Source of the DNA: Thermodesulfobacteriota bacterium
Lineage (GTDB): Bacteria > Desulfobacterota > Dissulfuribacteria > Dissulfuribacterales > QOAL01
Length of the DNA: 55,217 nucleotides
Direction of reading: 5' to 3'
Assembly: GCA_013154175.1 (NCBI GenBank)
Contig: JAADCZ010000064.1
Location: forward strand, 1-55,217
Shown here one piece after another: positions 1 through 9,562 of this stretch. Position numbers and translations under genes: made by a program. The notes under the pieces were generated by a model, which was not told the origin of the DNA, made no database searches, and worked only from the letters and a program-made list of their open reading frames with translations. Every line of letters begins with the position of its first letter. Within the stretch, counting starts at the first letter, position 1.

Positions 1-2
1 CC

Positions 3-704
3 CTTTCATCCCAACTTCTAAAGGTGGCAAATTGTGCAGCCTACTATCCTGCAAGCCGAATAAACACAGTTCACAGGGCCATAGTCTTTCTCGGTTTTTC
101 AGAGGTGAGAAGCCTTGCCCTGAGCCTTAGCATATCGAGTGTTTTCAAGGGAACAAAGTCCAAGAGCGGATTTGACAGACAAAAGTTTTGGGAGCATTCA
201 ATTGCCACTGCAATGATAAGCCGAATCATTGCAGGAGAATTAGAACTAGAAGAAACCGACATTTACTTTACCTGCGGTCTGCTTCATGATTTGGGCCGTG
301 CGGTCATGGACATCAGTTTTCCCATGGAATGGCAGAAAATACAAGGCTTTGCAGAAAAACATGAATGTTCCTTAATAGCCGCAGAACGACAATTTGGCTT
401 TCCACACAACGTCATAGGTGCCTGGCTTGCCAAAAACTGGGAGCTCCCCCCCGTATACCCAAAGGTGATTGCCAGTCATCATATTCGTCCCGGGCACCCC
501 CATTTCAATATGGATGGAGCAATCATTCAACTAGCAGATCACCTGAGTCACGAACTGGGCATTGGCCTCAATATGGCCCCTAGTTGTAATAAAGTGGTAT
601 TGGCAAACTACTTGGGGCTTGGGCAAGAAAAAATAGAATTTTTAGAAGAACACATAAAAAAAATTGGCGAAATAGCCGAAGCCATATCCACAGGAATGCT
701 TTAA
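3..704 (+). CDS. HDOD domain protein (5' partial, open from window edge)
   Basis: Frame open from base 3 (LSSQLLKVAN); HDOD motifs 'FWEHS' and 'GLLHDLGR'. Confidence 0.9.
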   Translation, partial: LSSQLLKVANCAAYYPASRINTVHRAIVFLGFSEVRSLALSLSISSVFKGTKSKSGFDRQKFWEHSIATAMISRIIAGELELEETDIYFTCGLLHDLGRAVMDISFPMEWQKIQGFAEKHECSLIAAERQFGFPHNVIGAWLAKNWELPPVYPKVIASHHIRPGHPHFNMDGAIIQLADHLSHELGIGLNMAPSCNKVVLANYLGLGQEKIEFLEEHIKKIGEIAEAISTGML

Positions 705-708
705 AAAT

Positions 709-1683
709 CTATTCTGCAGCGCGCTGCAAATCTATAATTCCATCAGTACCTGGGTAATCCTTCTTTGCATACCGGGTTATATCCGTAAGCTTGTGTACGA
801 GCTCGCCAAGGTATTCCACCTGCTTTTCAAGCCTAGATAGAGACTTTTTATCAAGAGAGGGGCTTGAACGCAAAAGTTCGCAGTTTAATAAAATGGCCTG
901 TAGTGGCTGACTAAACTCATGGGCAACAGCCCCTGCCATCTCAACGATGCCTTCGAGGCGCTGTTGATCCAAAAGTGCCTCCTGAGCCTGCTTCAACTCT
1001 GTGATATCAAGTATCAGTACGGCTATCTCAGACCCTTCAGGCCTTTTGGCAGAGGAAATAAGGAACCACTTGCCAGTACCCTCGTCATAGTACTCAAAGT
1101 TGCCCTTTCTGTCCCTTGCCACCAGATTTTTTATTAGTTCATCATCAAAGGGCAACTTGGGAGTTCCTATTTGCTGAATGAGATTTAATAACTCTCCGGC
1201 AGACTTGTTGGCCCACTGGATGTTACCCTCTAGATCAATAATTATGAGCCCGGCTCCAATTCTTGATATAACCTTTCCCCATAGCTCCCTTTCGAGGCTG
1301 ACCCTTCTCTCGATACTGCTTATCTCAACTGCCCGCTGAATAATATCCTTGAGCTCATTTGCATCCACAGGCTTTTCCAAATAGGAAAAGGCACCCTTTT
1401 TCATGGAAATGACTGCATCGTCCACCTTTCCATATGCAGTCATAATTATCACAGGCGTAAAGGGAGCAAGCTCCTTTATTCGCGTCAAAAGCTCCACACC
1501 CTTGAGTCCATCCATGCGCTGATCAGTAAGTACCAGATCAAAGTCCCCCTCCTTAAACAGATCGAGGGCCTTAAGGGGGTTGTCACATGCGGTAACATTA
1601 AGCCCCATGAGCTCAAGGCGCATCTTCAACACGGTCAGGATATTATAATCATCATCAACCAATAATATTTTCTTAGGAGCCAT
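709..1683 (-). CDS. Response regulator: REC + PAS-like + HisKA-like helix, no HATPase
   Basis: LLVDDD/LTDQRM/MTAYG/EKP receiver motifs; 'AVAHEFSQPL' H-box; ends before any N/G boxes. Confidence 0.8.
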   Translation of the reverse strand: MAPKKILLVDDDYNILTVLKMRLELMGLNVTACDNPLKALDLFKEGDFDLVLTDQRMDGLKGVELLTRIKELAPFTPVIIMTAYGKVDDAVISMKKGAFSYLEKPVDANELKDIIQRAVEISSIERRVSLERELWGKVISRIGAGLIIIDLEGNIQWANKSAGELLNLIQQIGTPKLPFDDELIKNLVARDRKGNFEYYDEGTGKWFLISSAKRPEGSEIAVLILDITELKQAQEALLDQQRLEGIVEMAGAVAHEFSQPLQAILLNCELLRSSPSLDKKSLSRLEKQVEYLGELVHKLTDITRYAKKDYPGTDGIIDLQRAAE

Positions 1684-1756
1684 GTTATATTTCCCTTATT
1701 AGATTGACTCTCGGCCGATAAAAAAGACTGCAAACCCTATACCTTAATGAAAAAAA

Positions 1757-2656
1757 ATGGAATCTGCAAATCCTAAGTTTCTCGAAAAGATAGTGAGGAA
1801 ACTCGCCATAGAAATTGGTCCTAGGCCCCTTAGACAGCCAGAAAAACTCTCAAGGGCAAGGGACTTCATCCAGGAGACCTTTAAAGGGCTGGGGCTCGTA
1901 ACCCATCTTCAATCCGTCATTTATAAGGGAACGGAATATCACAACGTACTGGCGTCCATCCCTGGGGTTAACCCCTTGGAGCTTCAAACTGAGCCAACCT
2001 TGGTGGTTGGCGCCCACTATGATACAGTTGCCTCCTCTCCCGGTGCAGACGACAACGCAAGCGCCGTGGCAGCACTTATCTCCTCTGCCTCAATGGCTGC
2101 CAAGATGAATTTATCCAACGTGGTATTTGCCGCCTTTTGTATGGAAGAGCCTCCAGTTTTTCGCACCAAAAATATGGGAAGTTATTGGTATGCCAGGCAC
2201 TTAAAGAGGATTGGGCAAAAACTCATTGGAATGATTTGCCTTGAAATGGTTGGTTACTTCTCTGATAAGCCTGGAAGTCAAAAGTACCCTTTTCCGTTAA
2301 TGAACAAGATGTATCCAGACAGGGGAAACTTCATTGCCATTGTGGGAAATGTAAAATCGCGCGCCTTTACCCAAAGACTCAAGGGGCTTTTTCAAATGCA
2401 CTGTAAGGTTCCAGTGGAAAGCCTCAATGCCCCGGCCTTAATGATTGGCATCGACTTTTCCGACCACTGGGCCTTTCAAAAACATGGCTTTAATGCTGTA
2501 ATGATTACAGATACCGCCTTTTACAGAAACCCACATTACCACAGGCCAACTGACACTCCTGCCACACTGGACTATGTGAAAATGGCACAAATTGTTGACG
2601 GTCTTACCCTGTCAATACGTCAAATTTGCACTGATTTTAATCCCGATGCCAGGTGA
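1757..2656 (+). CDS. M28 family metallopeptidase
   Basis: GAHYD, GADDNAS, EE, SDH and YH motifs. Confidence 0.88.
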   Translation: MESANPKFLEKIVRKLAIEIGPRPLRQPEKLSRARDFIQETFKGLGLVTHLQSVIYKGTEYHNVLASIPGVNPLELQTEPTLVVGAHYDTVASSPGADDNASAVAALISSASMAAKMNLSNVVFAAFCMEEPPVFRTKNMGSYWYARHLKRIGQKLIGMICLEMVGYFSDKPGSQKYPFPLMNKMYPDRGNFIAIVGNVKSRAFTQRLKGLFQMHCKVPVESLNAPALMIGIDFSDHWAFQKHGFNAVMITDTAFYRNPHYHRPTDTPATLDYVKMAQIVDGLTLSIRQICTDFNPDAR

Positions 2657-3125
2657 TCCTTACACTTTTTTCCCCATCTGGATATTCGAGCTGATAATCC
2701 CCCTGATATGAGCGCCTTATGGCCTCTCCTATCCTCTTGGCCAGGTGGATTCCAGTTGTGTGGATCTCAATGATGTCGCCATCTTGATGAATATCCATTA
2801 TCCGTTCAAGTGGATGCAAGGCCTTTTCTGCCTTTTCCTCATTGCGTACTAGATTGAGAATTTCTTGGCCATGACTTTTTAGAAACCTGCCTGAAAGCAC
2901 TATGTTGCCAGCAGGCATTTTCTCTTTGATCCTCCTGCAGGCAGGGCAAAGCACCCTGTTCGCCTTCTGGGGCTTCTCTTCCATCCATACCCATCGCCCT
3001 CCAGTAAAAACAGCTCCGCAACTGGTGCAAACTGTAGGCTCTGGAAACTTTTCCTTTATTTGATAAGGATCACGACGTTTCTCTTTAACGAGCCTATCTA
3101 GCCTGCCAAACTTGCCTTTGTCCAT
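2637..3125 (-). CDS. BCAM0308-family protein (two CxxC zinc-ribbon pairs)
   Basis: DPY..EPTVCTSCGA..GRW.W..CPAC..HPLERIM..HLAKRIG pattern; ATG at 3125 preceded by GGAGG. Confidence 0.75.
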   Translation of the reverse strand: MDKGKFGRLDRLVKEKRRDPYQIKEKFPEPTVCTSCGAVFTGGRWVWMEEKPQKANRVLCPACRRIKEKMPAGNIVLSGRFLKSHGQEILNLVRNEEKAEKALHPLERIMDIHQDGDIIEIHTTGIHLAKRIGEAIRRSYQGDYQLEYPDGEKSVRITWHRD

Positions 3126-3238
3126 ATACACCTCCCTCAGGATTTTTAAATGGAGATAAGAGGAAAAAAATCATTGCCTTAAATTAAAGGTAGGCACTGA
3201 TTGTCTTGGTACAAGGGGGCCGTGGAAGGCCTGATACC

Positions 3239-3772
3239 CTAGTCTTTCTGATATGTGCCAATCAAAACCGCTTGACCAAGCACGTGTCCATTCATGGCCT
3301 TTTCCAATTGGGCTTTTGTAGGAAACTCCAAATCATTTAAAAAGGTATCCAGGGCATAGAGCTTGAAGAAATACCTGTGTCTGCCAATGGGAGGGCAAGG
3401 TCCGCCATATTCTGGGCGATGCCAGTCGTTTAGGCCAAATCGTACCGAGGGAGGTAGCTCCTTTGGAGTAACGGCCTCTGGAAGGGCATGAATGTCACCT
3501 GGAATATTGAACAAAATCCAGTGCACCCATGTCATTCTAGGATGGGCTGGATCAGGTGCATCTGGATCGTCCACGATCAAGGCAAAACTCTTGGTACCCT
3601 CTGGTGCACCACTCCATTCCAGAGGAGGAGATATATCCTGCCCCTGGCATGTGTACTTTTTGGGAATTTCTCCACCATTCTCGAATGCTTTTGACTTCAA
3701 CTCAAAGGCCATAACCCCCTCCCCAAGGCAAAAGCCTTGCAACACAATGAGACAAAGCAGAATTTTTACCAT
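3239..3772 (-). CDS. YbhB/YbcL (PEBP/RKIP-like) protein
   Basis: DPDAP, WVHW, YGGPCPP, HRYFF motifs; alternative start at 3712. Confidence 0.9.
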   Translation of the reverse strand: MVKILLCLIVLQGFCLGEGVMAFELKSKAFENGGEIPKKYTCQGQDISPPLEWSGAPEGTKSFALIVDDPDAPDPAHPRMTWVHWILFNIPGDIHALPEAVTPKELPPSVRFGLNDWHRPEYGGPCPPIGRHRYFFKLYALDTFLNDLEFPTKAQLEKAMNGHVLGQAVLIGTYQKD

Positions 3773-3928
3773 ACTACAAAGACGGACTGAAATTTGTTTA
3801 TTTTTCATAATAGACTATTCTATCAAATATTTTAATAAATTGAAGTTATCTTTGACTTGACCTATAACGAATAACTCTTAGCTTGTTTCACAAAACTTTT
3901 AAGGGAATGGACAAAACGGGAGGAAAAT

Positions 3929-4318
3929 ATGGCAAGAACCAGAAGACCACTTACTGATGAGGAAATACAAGAATTCAAAAATATGCTCTTGCAAAAGAAG
4001 GATGAGATATGGCAGGCCATCAGAGACGATTTAAAGTCTCGCGTCAGTGAAGAATACTACTCACTGATCAATGATGTTAATGATGAAGAGGACCTTGCCC
4101 AGATAGACCTTCAGGAAGAGGTAATCCTTGGGGTCTTGGAGGCACGAAAGAAGGAACTCGAGGCCATCGATCAGGCACTTTGGAGGATCGAACACGGAGA
4201 ATATGGTAGATGCCTCGAGTGTGAAGACTGGATTTGCATTGAAAGGCTCAAGGTCAGACCCTGGGCCATCTATTGTCGTGACTGCAAGGAACGCTTGGAA
4301 AGGCTGGGCAAGGTGTAA
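3929..4318 (+). CDS. TraR/DksA C4-type zinc finger protein
   Basis: Coiled coil with DxxDxA (DEEDLA); CxxC..CxxC; GGAGG RBS. Confidence 0.9.
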   Translation: MARTRRPLTDEEIQEFKNMLLQKKDEIWQAIRDDLKSRVSEEYYSLINDVNDEEDLAQIDLQEEVILGVLEARKKELEAIDQALWRIEHGEYGRCLECEDWICIERLKVRPWAIYCRDCKERLERLGKV

Positions 4319-4328
4319 CGCGCCTGCA

Positions 4329-5288
4329 TCACTTGCTTTGTTCCAGCCATTTTTGGAGCTGGCTGAAGGCAGCGGATTCATCTATGTTCTTCAAACAGGC
4401 CAGCTCCTCACATCTATTGTACATCTCACCGCAGGGGCTGCATGCAACGTGGCTTTGCAAAACAGACACGTTTCCGCAAATTGGCCTCCAAAGTCTCGGG
4501 TTTGTAGGGCCAAAATTCACCAAAGTCCTGGTTCCACACCAGGCAGCCAAATGAGTAACCCCGGAGTCATTTCCCCAAAAAACCCTTGTGCTCCCCAAGA
4601 GCTCTGACAGGGATTTCAAGTCAAAACAGTTGGCGATTTTCACCCTACCCTCCCATTTGAGGGCAAATTCCTCCACCCTTGGGGCAATCTCGCCCTCTGC
4701 CGGACCAAGGATGTAGCAGCACGTCATCTGGGGATGTCCCTCTAACACCTTGGTGGTGACCCTGAAAAAGATTTCCAGATCTATATTTTTTTTGGGGCTT
4801 CCACTGCCTGGATGCACTGCCAGGTCGAAAAGGCGTCTTTCCTCAAGGGGCTTTGCATATACAAAGGGTTGCAGATAGTCATTTATATCTTCATCCTCCA
4901 CACCAAGGAGGGATTTGACCTGGTTGAACTGAAACACGGAACAGTTGGTCTGGTCTGGACTTTCATCAACGGTAAAGACAACCGTTGCCTGTTTCTCAGC
5001 ATCGGGCATCATAAGGATTGTGGGCACGAGCCCCCTTCGCCTAGTGAACCACCATATGTCGTTAAAATAGTCCAGGTGGGGCGGTATGCTTCCAGAATAT
5101 AGTTGTGCAAAGGCGGCAGAATTGGTTGGAAAAACCGAAGAGACCTCGCCACTTGCCTTTAGGAACAGGCACCGTTCAGGTTCCCCGGCCAGAGTGAAAT
5201 CCCCACGATGTTTCCGCATTAGACGAAGGGCTGGAATGGATACGAGAAGGTCTCCCAAGGCACCCTGATTCACGACAATGGTACGCAT
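4329..5288 (-). CDS. Glycosyltransferase family 9 (heptosyltransferase-like)
   Basis: GALGD, HPGSG, GNDSGVTHLAA, FGPT, CSPC motifs; AGGAGG RBS. Confidence 0.85.
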   Translation of the reverse strand: MRTIVVNQGALGDLLVSIPALRLMRKHRGDFTLAGEPERCLFLKASGEVSSVFPTNSAAFAQLYSGSIPPHLDYFNDIWWFTRRRGLVPTILMMPDAEKQATVVFTVDESPDQTNCSVFQFNQVKSLLGVEDEDINDYLQPFVYAKPLEERRLFDLAVHPGSGSPKKNIDLEIFFRVTTKVLEGHPQMTCCYILGPAEGEIAPRVEEFALKWEGRVKIANCFDLKSLSELLGSTRVFWGNDSGVTHLAAWCGTRTLVNFGPTNPRLWRPICGNVSVLQSHVACSPCGEMYNRCEELACLKNIDESAAFSQLQKWLEQSK

Positions 5289-5491
5289 ACTACCTCCTGA
5301 ACAACAAGATTTCTCTTAGATTGCTAAAATTTAGAAAAAAACATACATGAAGACAAAGCCAGGGAAAAACAGCTACAAATCTTCAATCAAATACGTTAGA
5401 GTGTCGGCCTCAAAGGGACAGCCAGATAATACTACCAAACCCTTTGCAAGGCCACAGAAACTACCCATTGAACTTAAGGAGGAAACAATAC

Positions 5492-6712
5492 ATGACAGGG
5501 GACAAAATTACCATAAACCCAGACGGTACCATCAATGTGCCAAACAAGCCCATTATTCCCTTCATCGAAGGGGACGGGATTGGTCCAGACATTTGGTATG
5601 CCACCCAGCTGGTTCTAGATGCTGCAGTTGAAAAGGCCTACGGTGGTGAGCGGGCCATTGTATGGAAGGAAATATATGCAGGTGAGAAGGCGAAGGAAAA
5701 GACAGGCGAATATCTGCCCCAGGAAACCCTTGATGCAATATCCGAATACGTTGTGGCCATAAAAGGGCCCCTCACGACTCCAGTTGGTGAGGGCATAAGG
5801 AGCCTCAACGTCACCCTTAGGCAGGTTTTGGACCTTTATGCATGCGTCAGGCCGGTACGCTACTTCAAGGGGGTTCCAAGCCCTGTAAAGAGGCCTGAAC
5901 TGGTGGATATGGTCATCTTCAGGGAAAATACCGAGGACGTTTACGCCGGTATCGAATGGCCTGCAGGAAGCCCCGAGGCCCAAAAGGTCATCGAGTTTCT
6001 CGAAAAGGAATTGAATGCAAAGATACGCCCAGACTCTGGAATAGGCATAAAGCCCATTAGCAAGACTGGAACATTCCGCCTCGTAAGAAAGGCCATCAAG
6101 TATGCCCTCGATAACAACAGGGATTCTGTCACCCTGGTACACAAGGGCAACATAATGAAATTTACAGAGGGGGCATTCAGAAACTGGGGCTATGAACTGG
6201 CTGAGACTGAATTTCCAGATGTAACCATCTCTGAAGACAGGCTCTGGAAGGAATATGACGGAAAGGTTCCTGAAGGAAAGATTGTCATCAAAGACAGGAT
6301 AGCCGATGCAATGTTCCAGCAGATCTTGTTGAGGCCTGCCGAATATAGCGTTCTCGCCATGCCCAACCTGAACGGGGACTATATGTCTGACGCCCTGGCT
6401 GCCCAGGTCGGTGGTTTGGGCATGGCTCCAGGGGCCAACATAGGAGATGGCGTGGCACTTTTCGAGGCCACCCACGGAACAGCCCCCAAATATACCGGGC
6501 TCGACAAGGTAAACCCAGGCTCCCTCATTCTCTCTGGCGCAATGATGCTCGAGTACCTGGGCTGGAACGAGGCAAAGGATCTGGTTCACAAGGGCCTTGA
6601 GAATGCCATTGCCAAAAAACGCGTGACCTACGACTTGGCCCGCCAGATACCAGATGCCACTGAAGTCAAATGTTCAGAGTTTGCTAAGAGCATCGTTGAC
6701 TCAATGGATTAA
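5492..6712 (+). CDS. icd: Isocitrate dehydrogenase (E. coli-type homodimeric, probably NADP-dependent)
   Basis: [41 protein letters not shown]; AGGAGG before ATG 5492. Confidence 0.96.
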   Translation: MTGDKITINPDGTINVPNKPIIPFIEGDGIGPDIWYATQLVLDAAVEKAYGGERAIVWKEIYAGEKAKEKTGEYLPQETLDAISEYVVAIKGPLTTPVGEGIRSLNVTLRQVLDLYACVRPVRYFKGVPSPVKRPELVDMVIFRENTEDVYAGIEWPAGSPEAQKVIEFLEKELNAKIRPDSGIGIKPISKTGTFRLVRKAIKYALDNNRDSVTLVHKGNIMKFTEGAFRNWGYELAETEFPDVTISEDRLWKEYDGKVPEGKIVIKDRIADAMFQQILLRPAEYSVLAMPNLNGDYMSDALAAQVGGLGMAPGANIGDGVALFEATHGTAPKYTGLDKVNPGSLILSGAMMLEYLGWNEAKDLVHKGLENAIAKKRVTYDLARQIPDATEVKCSEFAKSIVDSMD

Positions 6713-7513
6713 ATGCTAGATATAGACACAATAGGCTGGCCTGGTAGCCTTAAGGGTGTACTGGGCCAGCTACTGGACCTTGCCTTCCCGCCCCTATGCC
6801 CAGTCTGCTCGTCTCCCCTGCCAATCCCTTCTAGCAACCTGCTGTGCCCCGCTTGCCTTGCCCACGTCAAGGCCATCAGGGGCCCAATCTGTACCAGGTG
6901 CGGTATTCCGTTCGAGACTTCAAAAGGCCCTGACCATTTGTGTTGGCGCTGCATCGACCAGACCGGTGGCCTCGATTGGACCAGGTCCCTCTTTGAATAT
7001 CACTCAACTGTTTCAACCCTTATAAAGGGCCTTAAATTCCTTGGCGACAAGTCTTGCCTCAAGGCCTTGACATGGATTTCAAGGCCCGTACTAAATGAAA
7101 GCCTTGCACGCCTGTCACTAAAGATCCACGAGGGTACGTGCATAATCCCAGTGCCCCTGCATCCATCGAGGCTTAGGGACAGAACGTTCAATCAGTCTCT
7201 GCTCCTTGCAAGAAAGCTCTTTCCAGGCTTCCAGGTAAAAAACCATCTGGTCATGCGTGTACGGAACAATCCGCCCCAGACAGGCCTTTCAGCTAAACTG
7301 AGAAGACAAAATGTAAAGGGCGTCTTCGCCGTTTCATCGAAGAAGTCCATGGAGAATTACAGCAGATTCATTATCGTGGATGATGTCATGACAACTGGAA
7401 GCACCCTTGAGGAGATGGCCAGGGTACTTAAAAGAGAAGGTGCCCAAAACGTGGGCGCGATTACGGTTGCCCGTTCAATTCCTGCTATTTCAACCAGCTC
7501 CACCTCCCCCTGA
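6713..7513 (+). CDS. comF: ComF family protein (double zinc ribbon + PRTase)
   Basis: Four CxxC; PVPLH..R.FNQ; VDDVMTTGST. Confidence 0.9.
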   Translation: MLDIDTIGWPGSLKGVLGQLLDLAFPPLCPVCSSPLPIPSSNLLCPACLAHVKAIRGPICTRCGIPFETSKGPDHLCWRCIDQTGGLDWTRSLFEYHSTVSTLIKGLKFLGDKSCLKALTWISRPVLNESLARLSLKIHEGTCIIPVPLHPSRLRDRTFNQSLLLARKLFPGFQVKNHLVMRVRNNPPQTGLSAKLRRQNVKGVFAVSSKKSMENYSRFIIVDDVMTTGSTLEEMARVLKREGAQNVGAITVARSIPAISTSSTSP

Positions 7514-8705
7514 AGTAGCGGAGCAAAAGAAGGGATTTGGGGTCGAGGCCCGAGTGATCCCTCTTATCAAAACTGAATCTTCCCATCACACCCCAGTAGG
7601 ATTTTATCCGCCCCTCAAGGACGGACCTTAGATAAGAACGCCCTCGAATGCCTCCCTTTTTGAGGGCCAATGCAATTATGTGTGCTGCATCCCAGGCCTG
7701 GGCGGCAGCTAGCTTTGCATCGAACTTCATGGCAGCGAGCTCACTGCCCCACCTCGCCAAAAAGTTTCTTGCACCAAAGGAGAGGCCTTTTTGCAGGCCC
7801 ACTGGCGCAAGGGGAGCTGGAATAGCCACCAAAAACAGGCCATACATGTCATTTGCTCCCTGAAAAGCCCCAAAGTCCAGGAGGGTATGGGATATGGCCA
7901 CGGGAGTATCTGCCCTTGAAAGCTCTGGGAATATCAGAGACTTGGCCTGACTGTCTGCCCATAATAGGGCAACGTCTGGGTCACACCGGTTCATATATGA
8001 AATTTTGCGACTGATGTCCTCACTATTGAGATTAAACCCTTCGGCACAAGTGACCCTGAGCCCATACTCGGGCGCATACCCCCTTATCCATAAGAAAAGC
8101 TCCTTGTAAAAGTTTCCCGCCTGAACAACCACCCCAATGCTTCTGTACCCTCTCCTTCTGAATATGGAGAAAAGGGCCTTGAGCTCTGAAGCAAAGTTTT
8201 CCGTAACGGAAAAGGTCCATCTCGTTTTGATGCCTGAAAAGGTAAGTACCGGGCTTGTCCCCGCGATTAGCACCAGGGGAATATGCTTGTTCTCTGCAAA
8301 TCTTCTAAGGGTCAAACAGTTACCAGGCGAGGTGGGCCCAACGAGTACTATGGCGCCTTCGTCCAAGAGCTGATAGGCCCCTGACAAAAGTCGAGTCTCA
8401 TCAGAAGCTGTATCAAAAACAATTACTTCTAGACTCCTGCCCCCTACACCTCCCTGGAGATTTATCTCTTCAACAGCATATTGAAGGGACTTGTATGCGG
8501 CTGTTCCCTCATTACTGAGGGGGCCGGACAAATCTAAAAGGGCGCCTATCTTGACAACAGGCAACACCTGGGTTTCAGCCAACGAAAACTCTGGCAAAAT
8601 CAGCAGAAAGGCTGCCAACACCCAGAAGATAATGAGATTACGTAATAATTTTGAATAGTTCCCCAATAACCCGTTCATTGAAAAAATTTTTTGCCAAGAG
8701 ACCAA
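7485..8705 (-). CDS. LivJ-like (type 1 periplasmic) substrate-binding protein
   Basis: Signal-like N-terminus; KIG..LSG, IN..GGV.GR motifs; start uncertain. Confidence 0.75.
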   Translation of the reverse strand: MVSWQKIFSMNGLLGNYSKLLRNLIIFWVLAAFLLILPEFSLAETQVLPVVKIGALLDLSGPLSNEGTAAYKSLQYAVEEINLQGGVGGRSLEVIVFDTASDETRLLSGAYQLLDEGAIVLVGPTSPGNCLTLRRFAENKHIPLVLIAGTSPVLTFSGIKTRWTFSVTENFASELKALFSIFRRRGYRSIGVVVQAGNFYKELFLWIRGYAPEYGLRVTCAEGFNLNSEDISRKISYMNRCDPDVALLWADSQAKSLIFPELSRADTPVAISHTLLDFGAFQGANDMYGLFLVAIPAPLAPVGLQKGLSFGARNFLARWGSELAAMKFDAKLAAAQAWDAAHIIALALKKGGIRGRSYLRSVLEGRIKSYWGVMGRFSFDKRDHSGLDPKSLLLLRYFRGRWSWLK

Positions 8706-8708
8706 TCT

Positions 8709-9551
8709 TTACTTGAGCAACTTTAGCTGCCTTTTGGCCACCTTGGCCTGGGCACTCCTTGGATAACTCTTTACCAGCTTTTGGAGAAGGATCTTTGCAC
8801 TGTCCTTGTCACCAAGCTTGGCAAAGGCAAAGGCCTGTTTCAGCAGGGCATCGGGAACCTTGTTGCTCCGTGGATATTTCTTTATGACCTTGTTGTACTC
8901 CAGGATGGCCTCTTCATATCGAGACTGCTTATACTCACATTCACCTATCCAGAAATGTGCATTGGCCACCTTTGGGGAGTTGGGATTCTCTTTTATAAAA
9001 TCCCTGAATGCCTGCTTTGCCTCCAAATACTTCCCGAGTCTAAAGAGCCTCAGGCCCTCATCATACAAATCAATCTTCTTCTGGGGCTCCTGTGAATTTC
9101 CAGTGCCATTCACTTCAGGAGCAATCTGGGCCCCAGAAGAGCTCTGGGCCGCTACGACTGCAGGAGCAGTCGTCTTGGCCCCACTTTGCATGACCCTCTG
9201 AATCTCTTCCTTCAACTGGGCCAGTTCGCTTTCTTCTCGTTCCTGGTTATATTTCAACTGATCGACCAAACCGTTGAGGCGCATTAGCTCACTTTCAAGG
9301 CTGTCGATCCTTGCATTGAGCCTGGCAATGGACTTTCTGCTGCTTTGATCAGCTTGACCTTGAATCTCGCTAAGCTGACGCTTGAGCCCCTGCACTTCCT
9401 CATCAATCCTGTGGGTTTCCACCTGCAGCCCAGCAACATCCCTATCGAGCATGTCTATCTGGGCCTGGGGAGCGCATCCCGTCAATACAACCAAGACTAG
9501 AAGCATTACCAACTGACATAAATGGATAAAAGGAAACTTTCTCTCTCTCAT
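8709..9551 (-). CDS. cpoB: Tol-Pal associated CpoB/YbgF (coiled coil + TPR), lipoprotein-type signal
   Basis: LTGC lipobox; NAHFWIGE; KVPDALLK; YPRS; next to tolB. Confidence 0.88.
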   Translation of the reverse strand: MRERKFPFIHLCQLVMLLVLVVLTGCAPQAQIDMLDRDVAGLQVETHRIDEEVQGLKRQLSEIQGQADQSSRKSIARLNARIDSLESELMRLNGLVDQLKYNQEREESELAQLKEEIQRVMQSGAKTTAPAVVAAQSSSGAQIAPEVNGTGNSQEPQKKIDLYDEGLRLFRLGKYLEAKQAFRDFIKENPNSPKVANAHFWIGECEYKQSRYEEAILEYNKVIKKYPRSNKVPDALLKQAFAFAKLGDKDSAKILLQKLVKSYPRSAQAKVAKRQLKLLK

Positions 9552-9562
9552 TTTCTGACCCT

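Noticed and set aside
1695-1757. GCCGATAA (sigma28 -10) and an A8 run before the M28 gene
   Set aside because: No TAAA at the correct spacing; slippage in the run would add only three residues
5615-6589. 324-aa antisense ORF over icd (likewise 48033-48740, 46444-47106, 37911-38588)
   Set aside because: Shadow frames of well-conserved genes, with no recognisable motifs
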